From contig NC_057752.1 of assembly GCF_004010195.1 (NCBI RefSeq), positions 9,534,377-9,598,376 on the forward strand: a stretch of DNA of 64,000 bases, read 5' to 3'. The notes under the pieces are model-generated. The model did no database searches, was not told the DNA's origin, and saw only the letters and a list, made by a program, of their open reading frames with translations. Positions 48,787 to 61,742 of this stretch are shown here, piece by piece (the stretch's first letter is position 1; each line of letters starts with the position of its first letter). The translations under genes were made by a program, and so were the position numbers. The DNA is from Chiloscyllium plagiosum (Eukaryota).

Positions 48787-51700
48787 ACTGTGGAACATGG
48801 ATTAGGCACAGACAGGACAGCTTCATGGAAAACAACCAAGCACTGGACAGTTTTTTTTAAATTAAAAAATAAACTGGGTGTTGCTGCATGGGGTCTGAGA
48901 CAGGCTGCCTGCTCAGTAACTTACACCTGCAAAGCGCACAGGTGTTTTTCCTTTATTCTCAGTGAGTGTGCTTTAGCAAGATGAGAAATTGAAATGCAGC
49001 TTTAAATGGGAATGGATGGAGCTAGACCTGAGTTTCCTCTAGACCCATCTTATTCCATTTAACAGCCTGCAGTGCTTTAAATGGGTTTTGTGCAATTTGT
49101 CGAATTGCTAAAGGTGTGGTTTACATTTCAGGCCTGTGTTTTTTGTCGTGTTTCCTCATTCTATATTTTGGCTCTCATTGGCACAAAGAGGTGGAGACCA
49201 GAGAGGGAAAGAACACAAATTCGAAACCAAGGAGATTGTGTAATCCGTCTTGGGTGCTGGTGGGACTTCAAAGGCAGGCAGGCAGGTAAAACCAGTCACT
49301 TCAGGTGGAAAAAGTATTGCTGGAGTGGTGCTTGAATTCTCACCAAATCTGGCATCTTAGGGAATTTTCTATAAAGGAATTGAGTAATCTGTAAACCCAA
49401 AGAATCAGGAGTTATGGGCACTGTCCAAATTGTCTTTTATTTGTGGTGTCATTTCACTATCGACCTAAGTGGTGAAGCACAACTTTGTATTAAAACACTA
49501 GGTTCTGGCTGGCAAGCGAGTGTGTGCGCATATGTGTTGTAAACCCTCTTTCAACATTGGACATTTGAAGGAGAGATCTTTTCCCATTCATCTGTTATGT
49601 GGTATTTTGTGTTTCAAGTTAACTTTACTTTGTATGAAAACAGAAACAATTTCATTTTTAGCAATGTAGTTTGTGAAACCAAAAGGCAGCTACCATGATG
49701 CTGATATTGGGCAGTCTACAGCTGCCAGATTCCATTTGCCATTTATTGGGAGTGCTGGTTTTTCTGCAGCAGTGTATTGATAATTCCTTGTTTGGAGGCA
49801 TAAAAATAAAGCAATCCTCTGACCTCCATTGTTCCCATTTCAACTTTTATGAATGGGAGAGGGTTTGAAAACTAATTTCTCTCTGACCACCTAGTAATGG
49901 TTCAGTGTTATAAATAATAATTGTTTAATTGCTCTCTTATACTAAGGTAGAGATTGTCAATCTTTTTGAGCTGGTGAGGTTCCAGTGAAATTTAAATCTC
50001 CATGAGTAAAAGTTTTTTTTTAACTTCTATTTTTTAAATCGCCTTCCAAAGTAATCCATTCATGCCTTTTTTAAAGAGGAAATGTGGGCAATGCTTTAAC
50101 CTAATTCTGGGTTTTGTAATCTTGTTGCTCCCTGGAAGACTGCTTTTAAGCTACATTTCCTGCAAGTTGCTGTTAACTTAATGGTTTGAATGAGAATTTG
50201 TGAAAACTGTTCCAAAAGGTTTGTTTACAAGTTGCAGAGTTTGTCTTTTTAAACCTGAGAACTTTTTTGTGGTCTGCAGTAGTTCCAGGTATGCAAGCTG
50301 TTTTCTTGAAAGGAAAAGATTGTCTTGACCTGTGGTTCTGTGGCGATCATAGTGGTCTCCCTGACAGGTTCAATGTAAATACTGGTTCAAGGAAGATTTA
50401 AGACATTTTGTTTTAAGTGAGTTAAATTTCTGAGCCTTTTTAGATATTTGAAATGAAGATGTGTAAATTATATTGATGTAAAGCAAATACACAAAACAAT
50501 GACATTTGACATAGTTCTCTTACTTTAAATTCAAAATTGGGCTCCGGAAGCCTTTTTTCAATTTGATGTGCCAGATTTAGATTTCTCCCCATCTTCAAAA
50601 TGTTAACATTTTTGAGGTTAGAATCCTCTCTTAATTCTAGTATGCCCTCTTCTCACCTTTCCACCTTTTTACCACCCACCCACCCACCCAACCAACCCCC
50701 GCTCCCACCCCTGCCAAAAACACCCAAACAAGCTAGACTGCAGCTGTTAAATAGGAGAGTGAGTGTGTCTGACTCCTCACACTGCTGCTGCATTTTAGGA
50801 AGGATTAAGTGTATCTTCAAATGGTCAGTTTGCACCTGACCTTCAGAGTAGCCTTCATTCCACCATTCAACAATTTCTTCTGCCTTACTTCCCCTTCTAG
50901 CCTGGCTGACATTACCTAATTCAGCACAGCCCAGGAATTGTCAGGGCCTTGCTATCGATGACTTCAAGCTGCCAACACTTTACTGTCAAGACAGTAGCGA
51001 AGCCAACCTATGTTTTTGAGACTTTTTCTGTTGCCAGAGAAAATCTCCAACTCTGAAAGAGATCTTGAGTGAGCTTTCTTTCATGTTTTTTCCATTGTGA
51101 TGAGGTGTTGAATATTAGTCTGAATGTTCTTTTATGTGACGAGTGTATTTTGCTCACTGAACATGGAGGGTTTGGAAGCATGAATGAGATGGCAAGGTAT
51201 TATTGGTATTATGAGCCCTTTTCAGTAACCTCCCCAACTATCTCTGCTATTCTTATCTTGACCTTTTTGTCTTTGAAATACCGGATAGCACAATGTAAAC
51301 ATTTAGTGTCCCAACTTATTCAGCCACCAAACCTGCCATTTTGGGTCACTATTTTTCCAGTCTGTCATCTCGTCCTCCCTCCCCTGTAACATCATTCAAA
51401 ATCAAGGAACTTTTGAGTGTTTGCAACTGTTATCAATGTCATTGGCAGTTGGGAAGTATGGGGTATTGTGCCTCTTCATCCCTCACCCCAGGAAGTGTGA
51501 CACCACAGCCTGGTGACAACTTATCTCTTGGGTCTTGATTGAAGGCTGGTTGGTGGATTAACTTGAACCTGGTGCTGTGCATTACTGTTTGATACTCACT
51601 TGCTCTTAAATATAGGTCTGTAGCACAAGACTGGGTAAAAGTCTGAATTAAACTGGCAGTTATAAGCACTATTGAAAGGGATGTACTTGCGTTGTGTAAG

Positions 51701-54649
51701 TAATCTAAAGTCCTTGATACTTTATTGTAAACCTTGCCATTTGAGTTTAATTAGATCAATTTCACTGGAATCACTTACTTACAACTGTATATTTGTGCAT
51801 ATTGCTAAACATGACCAGAAAACTTAGATCTAAGTTTTGTTATCGTGTCGAAAGGGGTCAGACTAAATTTATGGTGTATGCCGGTTTGTTTCATCATGTA
51901 AAATGATGTAGTCGTGTATCTGCCACCGTTATTTTTCTTATCCCAAGTGGTCTATGCTCCATTTGTCACGAATACACCCAGATTTCAGAGATTTGAAATG
52001 TTAAACACCACTAAGAGCTCTCCCAATGAGTTGGCTATTTGGTTATGAAGTTTTAGGAGGGATTTTTATTTTTAAATTTATGTTGTTTAAAATGTTGGAG
52101 TGAATCTGGGCAGGATTTATCTTTAGAACTTGGTTTATGCAGCAACAATGGGTTTGTATCTTGGAAAACAAAGGAATGTTTTAAAATCAGATTTGTCTTC
52201 AGTGAGTTATGCTGTATTTCAACCCTCCAGATTGAGAATTTTTTAAAGGATGTGACATCATCCAGTTTGTCAATTTCTGGAATCCGCCTTAAGGACCTTT
52301 AATATGGAATGACCACAAAGGTGCCAGTTTGGACTTTTTTTTTCTATAGAAAATTTATTGGATACAGTAAATTCTATGCTATTTGATCTTTTGAATCTAT
52401 CTAAAATGCCTCTTTGTTTGGCAATGGCCTTGCTGACAAAATGGTAGAAGATTAAAGGAGAGAACCATGCTATCCTTTGTCATGACTTGGTCCTGTCCAC
52501 TGGTTCCATTTGAATTTCTATTGAAGGCTGCACTTTAGTGTGGGGGTGTCTGTGTTCTGGCAGAAAGCATTTAAGATACACATATATAATCTTACCTGCC
52601 ATCCCCATGTAAAGTCAGTGATTTTTATTTTCTTCTTACATGGCTTGGTCATCTGCCATTCAGGTTTACCAGTGTCACAAAGTGGTTCTTAACTAATTTT
52701 AACATCCATGTACAGGGTAGAAAAGGAATTCACTGAAGTACAGATGTTCCCGCTAGTTTTAGGATAGCTTAGCTTAGTGGAAAAAGTTAAAAGACTGTAG
52801 TGTAGTTGAGGGTATTTGAATACTGTAATGAAGTATGCGTTTGATAATTAAAAATTCCTGTTTGCCCTGATGATGACATCGGAACTGAATTGTGACAAGC
52901 TACAGCGTTAGACCCTAAAATGGACTCTGCAGAAATGGTACAACAGTCTCTCAATGTCTACAGACTGTGGTATCCATCTTCAAAGTTTTTTGTTTAAGGA
53001 AAACAAAAAGCATTTTGTGTGAAATAACCACCTCAAAGCTTTCATTTCTTCTCAGGCAGTTTAGACACCAAATTGATTGATTTATCAATGCAAAAGCAGC
53101 CTTGTAAAATGACTGTATTGTCATTTGTTTTGGAAAAAGTTCAGCCAGAGAAGACTGAGCACTTATCGCATATCTAATTCAAGCCTGGCTACAGTTCCTA
53201 AACAATCCCACTCTGTCCTAAGCTTTTAAAGTAGATTCATCAAACACAAAGGTTGCATCCAGTTCAGAAGTCTGCTGTAGCAGATCTGACTTTAAGCTAC
53301 CACAACCAGAAGCCTCCCCTCTGAGGAAAAGGACATTTTAGTCCAAGCAATCGTTTTGAAGGAAGAATAGTCTTGAATACATATTTATTCTTGCCCTTTA
53401 ACTCTCTACTGTCACCACCCTGTCAAATCCCATCTCCAGTCTGGGGAGGGAAGTGGTATTGCAGGCTGTGAAAGATGATGCAACAATTTCAAATGTGTGC
53501 CTTTTGACTTTATAGTCTTTTTGTGTTTTTGTGAAATGCTGATTGTTGTAAAAGAAAGAAATACCTGAGTTAAAGGAAATGATTGTGTCACTTAACTAAT
53601 TCTGTGATAGGAAAGAAAACCAAATCTGAATTACTGTCTTTGTTCTCTTTTGGACTCCACCTGAGCCATATTTTTGAACTTTAGCCTCAATCTCTGCCAG
53701 CCATTATATTCTTATACATTTTTTTTTCTTTTTTATTGTCTGGAAATTATGTTCATGGGAAATTTTCCAATATTCAAGCAGTCATTTGCCAAGCTTACTG
53801 ACACACATGATGTCAGCAAGTGTATGTATTTGTGTTGCGACCCAAGCAGTTGCATGTTGAATTTTACAGTGAGAAGCTCAGTATCTCGTTGTATCTTCTA
53901 CCCAAGTTTCCTCAGCACTCCTTCAATATGATGCCCTTCTAATTGGCGTGATACTTTCTCATTTGTTACTACATGCCAGTTGGTGATGTCTTGCTCTGCT
54001 GTCTAGTCAACTTGTCCACTGTGTGACTCTTGTCATTTTTCTTTAGCTTATTTGGAGACAAGAGTTGGGGTGGGGGTAAGTGGCAGAAGAGAGGTACTCC
54101 CATATTATCCAAATTTACTTCCTGGTCCAGAAATTCTCTCACCACATTTTAATTCTGGGCATGACCTAGCACTAGTGCTGTGCCACTCTTGTGCCTACAC
54201 TATTGACATTAAGTCATTATGTATGTAGAATGAATTTGATCCGAGTGTTTCTGGATTACACTGGCTCAAATGCTGTGTAATATATGTGCGGGATGGAATT
54301 GGGACCAATGGATCCTCTGGCTGTGCTGGAGATCATTAAAATGCAATAGCATTGATTTTCAAAATTGCAAACTGGATATCATTTTAACTAAAGTGACCTT
54401 GTGTAACATTGCTTTATTAAAATATTTACGATTTAAATCAATTGTTTGAATAGACTTGTGTTTTTTATGCTTAGCCAGTCATAATACAGAAATGGCAGTT
54501 GTGTCCAGTTATCATTCATACCTTTACATGATGTCATTTACCTCCTGGTGATGGTTTGATATCATTTTAGTTGTGCTGTTTCCTAATTAGTTGACTAGGG
54601 TTTAGCACTGAATAAACAAGCAGCGATTATATTCCAATCATTGATTTTT

Positions 54650-54691
<42 letters not shown>

Positions 54692-55890
54692 GAGTCCAGT
54701 ATCATGGCAGCAATGATGCCCCATGTTCTCTGGCATTTAGAGTTTGCCATGAGGTGCCAGAAATTTAAAGAAAAGAAAAATTATTCTGGAATGTAAAGAA
54801 TTATTCTTTTTTCCTTTTAAAGAAACCCTGAAGATGCAGTAGATGACATTATAAGCTGCTATGGAACTGAGCCATGCGTCAGAGTGCTTCCCCCCCGTTC
54901 AATCACTGGTCAATAGGGTCTTAACTAATCTTGTCGGGTGGAGGAGGGAAGGAAAGGGTACAACTGATCTTTTCTGCCTTCTGGGCTACAAAGGAGACCA
55001 GCTAGTGTTTCAATTTGTCGAATTACTACTGTAGTGTAAGGTTTAAGTAGTTCTTTAATGCAATGGTTGTGTTCTTGTGCAACTCTGGATTACAGAAAAA
55101 TTGCACTTGACATTGCAAACACTAAGTTTTAAATGTTCAAGCTTTAGAAACAGTGCCCCCAATTTGACAATCTCATTACAGTACATTTGTTTTAACGAAA
55201 TGCATGTTATAGCAGAATGACCTGTAACAGATGGTGGGCAGATGTGAAAAGCTGTACCCCAGCAAAGGTTTTGCCACTGCTTTTGAGTGATAGCAAGAAC
55301 ACCCACCATCATCCTGGAGTGTTTGCATCGCATGGGGGCAATGCTAATTTGCTGAGAGCATGTTGAGTACACATTGTAGAAAATATCTTATCAGATGGCA
55401 AGATAATTGAAGTGATCACCTATAAAACTGGTGCCTGAACTGACTGGGGGAATCAAAAGCCAATGAAAGCTTTTGAGGTTGTTCTGGTTGGATGAGGCAT
55501 CCAATGTCTTGGTTTGTTTTCATGTTTAACTGTTTAGCATTACTGTAGAAAGTTATTTCGCAGTTTTACTGTGCATTTTTTCTCAAACCTTGCAACATGG
55601 TTCCTGAAGTCCCAACCAGCTTATCACAAGAGGCAGCATAGTCAGAAACACTTGAGTGATTTTGATGAGTAGCTTTAGTGATACGAGTGAGTTAGGGAAG
55701 GAGGACAATTGTAGTAATAATCAGAAATAAATAGTCTTTCATTTTAAATCAATGCATCAATTTCTGTTGATATAGACTTTGTGAAATGACAAGTTATGGA
55801 TGTATTTGGTGGAGGTTTTTCTGTTTGTTGTTAATTCAATGTGTTTTTTACTGGATACACTGCAATAAAAGTGTCACTAAATATTTGTAT
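48787..55890 (+). other. CERS5: Probable long CERS5 3'UTR with several polyadenylation signals
   Basis: AT-rich, with no young LINE/SINE insertions recognised over about 7 kb. AATAAA at 48868, 49805, 54611, 55726 and 55864; ATTAAA at 48861 and 54416. The true end cannot be determined from sequence alone. Confidence 0.55.
54655..54688. repeat. (CT)n microsatellite
   Basis: Direct observation. Confidence 0.95.
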
Positions 55891-56795
55891 TGAATGGTGC
55901 TATTTCATTTTCTCACCATTTAACTGAAATTCCATTGAGATTTTATATTTTGAGGCCCAGTTACTGCAAATTGGGACATCGGAACTGAATTGTCACTGTT
56001 CAACTACTTCTTTCCATGAAATGTCAAGACTTGATTCAATTTTAATGTAGCGCTCATAAGGATTTGGCTCCAAATGGGACATTGCTGCCTCAGTTTTCAA
56101 CCCACTAGGGTCCTGACCCCAGCCCCCACCACCATTAAAGGGCAACTGGAGCTGATAGAAGTGCACCTCAAAGAAGTCTACAGTGAGAATGAAAGGAGAA
56201 TTTTTAATGTTCAAAGTCAATTACAAGACTTGGTTACTGATTGCTTCAATATCAATACTTTGCTAATGTACATTTCTTGATGCAAATTTAGTTTGTATGT
56301 GCATCAATGCCAATGTTTTCACAAGAACAGTAACAGGGCCTATGTTTGTCCCAGTTATCTACACATCTTCCTTCATCATTGGGTCCTGGAGCAGTACTTG
56401 AACCCAGAATCTCTGGTTCATAGGCAGGATGCTACCCATTGTTACAAATCCTGTGTGTGGAAAGGTTGCCAAATACATGTTCTGCACCATCCTGACACTG
56501 AACTCGATTACCTGGGTTACTGGGTTAAAAAAGCAACTGACTATTGAAGGAAATGGCTTTTCAAATGTGAAAAATCAAGGCTGAAATTCAGTTTTCTGGT
56601 TTGGAGGAGCCAGAAACTCAAAACTTAAACGAGTGGGCAATGTTACACATACAATCCATTGGAAAATTTTCAAGCAACTATTAAAGAGGAGGATTAAGAC
56701 TACTAGGAAAACTTGATTCTAGTAGTCACATAATATTAAATAGCATTCATTTTTGTCACAACAGTTGCTTCTGCAGTCTGATGTAGAGACTGCTA

Positions 56796-56972
56796 TTAGT
56801 CCTTTATCATTTCATTGACTTGGTCTTCAGCTGCTGCCTTTAAAGCCTTTTGTCTCTGGAAGTAGCGGTAGGCACGGGCACTACACAGATAACCACCATA
56901 TATTGTCAGTAATATCATTGATCCAGAGAACATTCTGTACCCAATATCTGCAAGCCTCTTGGAGGACACCAT
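56796..56972 (-). CDS. COX14: Cytochrome c oxidase assembly factor COX14 (58 aa, single coding exon)
   Basis: [58 protein letters not shown] matches the COX14 LADIGY..FS.SM.LLT.YGGYLCS pattern. Kozak context gccacaATGg, with a splice acceptor (tgtgtttcAG) 10 nt upstream of the ATG. Convergent with CERS5 as in human. Confidence 0.96.
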   Translation of the reverse strand: MVSSKRLADIGYRMFSGSMILLTIYGGYLCSARAYRYFQRQKALKAAAEDQVNEMIKD

Positions 56973-57139
56973 TGTGGCAGATCTGAAACACAAATTTTTT
57001 ATTAAATAAAAAAACTTGCATTTCTGTAGCACCTTTTTACAATCTCAGGCATCTAAACACCTTACACTGCTTGGGAGCTGATGAAGTACTTCAGTGACTG
57101 TGCCCCTAACCACGCTGTTCCTGTACAGTTACAGCACTG

Positions 57140-57870
57140 GCATTTACCCAACAATATGGAAAATTGCCCAGTTTATATGCTGTACACAATAAGGTCAAAT
57201 TGAACCTGGCCACTTACTACCCTATCAGTCAACTCTCATTCACCAGTAAAGTGATGGAGGAGATAATCATCAGTGCTGTTGAGCAGCTTAACAACATATC
57301 TGTTTCACTAACACTCAGTTTGGGATCCACCAGGGGGACACAGCTCCTGATCCAAACAGCCTTGATCCACAAGGGGCTGAATTCCAGGGGTGAGAGTGAC
57401 ATGACTCCAGCTAAGAGACAGTGGTTGTGGGAGTGCTGGCAGAGGTGGAGCTCGTAATCAAGATCCTGGAGCCCATAAGAAGTGGAGGCCACCTTTGAAG
57501 GGAATGTAAAGACTAGCTCTTGGATTAATATCTTGCATTATATTCTGTGTTTCAAGATGATACTGGAGTGTGGCAATACGAAACATCACTTTTTACTCTT
57601 TGTATACACGTGACAGACAAACAAACATCTAACTGAAGGACAGCAAGTTCCGTTCCAAGCTACTCACCATCCTGACTTGGAAATGTATCACAGTTCCTTC
57701 AGAGTCACTCGATCAAAGTTCTGCAACTCCAATCTAACAGGTTTAGCTACAACAAATGGACTGCTGTGGTTCAAACGCAGCAGTTCACCATTACCTTCTG
57801 AAGGACAACTAGGGATGGACAATAAATGCTGGACCAGCCAGTGATACCCATATCCTGTGAATATTTTTTA
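57140..57870 (+). mobile_element. LINE (CR1/L2 group) fragments in the COX14 intron
   Basis: YYPISQLSFTSKVMEEII and tail actagggatggacaataaatgctggaccagccagtgatacccatatcc. Confidence 0.7.
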
Positions 57871-58799
57871 AAAAGTGATAAAGAAACTTCTAGAAAGAAT
57901 GTTTCAGGATTAAGTACTCATCCTGGGAAAGGCTGCATGAATTTAGGCGCAATTTGTGTTGAATTAATTAAAAGTTTTTATCAATGTGGATAAAGCTGTT
58001 GATGTGTACACTGACTTCCAAAAGGCAAAATACAGTGCCACACCACAGACTTGTGAGCAAAATTGTACCTTACTGAAAAAAAGGGATCATAGCAACATAG
58101 ATACAAAACTGGCTGAGTGGCAGTAATAGATTACTAGTTAATTGATTATTTTCAGGCTAGTGGAAAGTTTATAGTGGAACACCTTGAAGGTAAGTGTTGA
58201 GACCCTCACAATTAATAACTTAGACTGGTGTTTTGAAGACTTTTGAGGTTGTGAATCTTTGAATGATCCTAGTGGAGAGCGCAACTTAATTGACTGCTTC
58301 GTGAGTCTTGATTCCTGCTGCCTAAAAAGGTAGGCCCTCATCCTGCCCACCTTTTTAATCAACTGCCCCGTGAGGGAGATGGGGGGTGGTGGTAGGAGCG
58401 TTGAGGGATGGGTTGATGAAAAGAAGGGGAGATAGTAAACACGGCTGAACGATGGTTTCACTGACACTGCTGTACTCCCTCCGTACCGCACTGGAGTGTC
58501 TCCTCAATTGTTCCTGAAACACACAGCTTTCTGGGTCCAAATGTCCAAAATAAAAATTTAAGCCAAGACTGGCACTATGCAGGGAAAAGGATCTTACTGT
58601 AGAAGCAAACTGGTAGCCAGCTACCATTCCCTTGCATCTTTACCCCACCCAATTAAAAAGATACAGGCATATAGACTAGCTCCTGTTACTCAAGGATGGC
58701 ACAACAACAAGCATAAGTCTAAATGATGGCAGCCTGACCAACAATAGCCATTACCTTTGCAATCACTTAAATGGCCAGGGACATAGACAGAAAGTGAAG

Positions 58800-59675
58800 A
58801 GATCATCAGCAATGCCAGATGAAAGCAAAGTACTGTAGCTACTTGAAATTTGGAAAAAGAGAATGCTGGAGAATCTGTCTGGTAGCATTTATGAAAAGAG
58901 AAAGAGTTAAAATTTCAAGCCTTCTTCAGCAATCGGTCCACTCTTCCTCTGCTCCCAATATCTCCCCAAAGCAACTGCCCATTCATTCAGAGAAGGTCTA
59001 ACACCTGCCGGTTTACTTCCTCCCTCCTTCCAAGGTCTCAGACACACCTTCCTGGTTAAGCAGCGATTTACCTGCACTTCACACAATCTAGTCTACTGTG
59101 AGCAGCGAATACACTATGATCTCCTCTACATTGGGGAGACAATGGGCAGACTGGGCAACACCTACGTTCTGTTTGCAAAACGATCCAGAACTTCTGGTTG
59201 CCTACCAGTTTGGCCAACATCTTTCTCAGGCTTGTTACAGTGCTCTAGTGAAGCTCAGCACAAGCTGGAACACCACCTCATTGCCTGCTTCGGAACCTTG
59301 CAGCCTTCTGGACTTTCAGGTTCAATAACTTTAGGGCTTGAGCACCAAAGGGTCTGTTTCCATGCTGTGTGACTTTATGACCTTCTCCCATCTCCTTACC
59401 CCAATCCCCACACTCAGCCTTGTCATCACATGGTCTGCTACCACAAACAACCCATTGCCAGATACTAATGGTCCCTGTTAGCAGCTGTTGATTCCTCCAG
59501 GCTGACCTTTACCCATTCCTTTCTGTCCAACAGTTTTTTTTTCCTCTCTCTCTCTCGGCTCTATATCCATTTATTGCTTACTCCTCCCTCTTCCCCATCT
59601 TCAGCATACATACCAACCTTTTCCCAGCTACAATAATTTCAGAAGGAGGGTCACTGGACCTGGAATGTTAACAGA
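58800..59675 (+). mobile_element. Old Penelope-like remnant
   Basis: ctctacattggggagac (LYIGET) and aagctggaacaccacctcatt. Degenerate terminus. Confidence 0.6.
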
Positions 59676-59801
59676 TTTGAGCAGGATGACTATTCCAGGC
59701 AGCAGAGGTCTGCAGGTCAAAGCCGCAGAGAGTCAAGGCAAGAGTGAGGCCATGTTCTTTGGGAACTGGGCCAACTGATCCTTCATCTCCCTCACCTTAC
59801 A

Positions 59802-60165
59802 GGGAAGGCGATGGTTTAGTGGTATTATTGCTGGACCGTTAATCCAGAGACCCAGATAATGTTCTGGGGACCTGGGTTCAAATCCTGCCATGGCAGATGG
59901 TGGAATTTAAATTCAAGTTTTACAAATCTGGAATTAAGAGACTAATGATGACCATGAATACACTGTTGATTGTCAGGAAAAACCCATCTGTTTCACTAAT
60001 GTATTTTTAGGAAGGAAACTGCGGTGGGTCTGGAGTCGCATGTAGTCCAGACCTGGTGAGGATGGCAATGTGGTTGACTCTTAACTGCCCTCTAGACAAT
60101 TGGGAATGGGCAATAATTGCTGCCCAGCCAGCGACACCCTCATCCCCATGAATGAATTTTTAAAA
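59802..60165 (+). mobile_element. tRNA-derived SINE sharing its 3' tail with the local CR1/L2-group LINE
   Basis: A box tggtttagtgg, B box gggttcaaatcc, and tail gggaatgggcaataattgctgcccagccagcgacaccctcatccccatgaatgaa. Confidence 0.8.
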
Positions 60166-60659
60166 ACCCATCAGGACAGATTATCTTAAGGAACTGGGAA
60201 CATGGGGCTGTGCAAAATCTTGGGAGGAGCGCACTGCCAAGGTGAAGCGGAAACTGGTCTTTTGGGAGCACCGCTCCCTCTCCATTGCAGGTAAAAACCT
60301 TGCTATCAGGTGGAGGCACTGTTGTTTTATGTGGCACAGGTCTAGCCCATTCCCTGAAACTGTGCTGTTTCAGTCACGAGCCATCTTCCACTTCAGCTGG
60401 AGGTCTAAGATGGACCATGTCTGTGGGGACTCCATGTACAAAACTCTGGATAAGGGGAGGGGGGGTAGAGAATGTACCAGCATCACTGTCATCCTTTGTA
60501 TGCAGCTGCATCAAACTACATAAACCAATATGCAAACACCAATTGTCACTACGTACTGAAGTTCTACCTGTCCTTGGTGCCACAGAACACTCCCAAGTAT
60601 TGGACTGTTCCATATCACCTGTCCTTCATGAAGAAATTTACAAAGAGAAACACCTTTGA

Positions 60660-61742
60660 GCCCAGACGGAATTTCACATTGGCCCCAAGGTCCCGTACTT
60701 CCCGCGGGAGCCTGTGCCCCACAATCTAAGCCACCTCCGGAATTTTAATTTTGTTCCCTTCCAGGGGGTAAAAAGGAGGGCCCTATATAGACTGCTGCTA
60801 CACACCATCCACCTCTTCTCCCTCATCCACCGTCCGGACACACCTTGGCATGCCCATTTGCCACCGGGCGGTGGGGATCCCCAGTGGAGGGCTCTCTACG
60901 CGGGAGTCCTCCCCCTTTCTCTCGGGGATCTGGGGTGGAGGGTGCTGCACGCAGCAGTCCCCTGCAACCGCAGATTGTGGTGGTTCACGGACTCCCAGCC
61001 CAACTGCTTGTTCTGTGGCGCTGTGGAGTCCGTGGACTACGTGTATATTGGGTGTGGGCGTTTGCACTCCCTTTTTGATTTTCTGAAAAACCTCCTCTGC
61101 TTTTGGTTGCACTTCAGTCCCACGCTCCTGATCTTCGGGCACCCGGTACGGAGGAGGGAGGGCAGGTCTGAAGACCTCCTCGTGGGTCTGCTCCTGGGCC
61201 TGGCCAAACTGGCCATAAACAGATCCAGGCAGCGGGCCGTGAAGGGGGTCGTTAGGGCTAACTACCTACCCCTCTTCCGCGGTTAGGGGGTCGTTAGGGC
61301 TAACTACCTACCCCTCTTCCGCGGTTATGCTAGGGCCCGGGTGTCCTTGGAGAAGGAGCACGCGGTGTCCACCAACACCCTGGAGTTGTTCAGGGAGAGG
61401 TGGGTGCCACAGGGAGTGGAGTGCATTATTTCCCCCTCCAACTCTATTTTGATTTAGTCCCTATCCTCCCCTTGACTGTTCGATCACACAGCATTGCCCG
61501 TTGATGTGAAGGGCAGTGCTTGTCACTGGCCACCCGGGTGTTTTCCTATCTTCCTGGTGGTGGAAATTGAATAAAGATTGGTGCACTTTGTGTCTTTCAC
61601 TGTGTCTCACACCTGCACACACACACCATGGGTGCTGGGGGAAAAAATAAGCACTACCGCAGTTAGTCGGTAGTGTGGGTGGGGGTTAAAAAAAAAGATA
61701 AGCAGGAGGGTATCGCCTTTTGATGTGAAGGGCACTAAAAAA
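60660..61742 (+). mobile_element. Young 5'-truncated Tx1-like non-LTR retrotransposon
   Basis: ORF 60714-61286 contains DLGWRVLHAAVPCN and the zinc-knuckle-like CLFCGAVESVDYVYIGC. CpG-rich, AATAAA at 61570, A-tail, and 18-bp TSD AAAGAGAAACACCTTTGA (60642-60659 and 61743-61760). Confidence 0.9.

Noticed and set aside
52866..52900. C/D box snoRNA
   Set aside because: TGATGA and CTGA are too close together, there is no terminal stem, and the location is probably exonic UTR.
56973..57032. N-terminal extension of COX14 in the ORF track (78 aa)
   Set aside because: It crosses the splice acceptor at 56983-56984. The homologous start with good Kozak context is at 56972.
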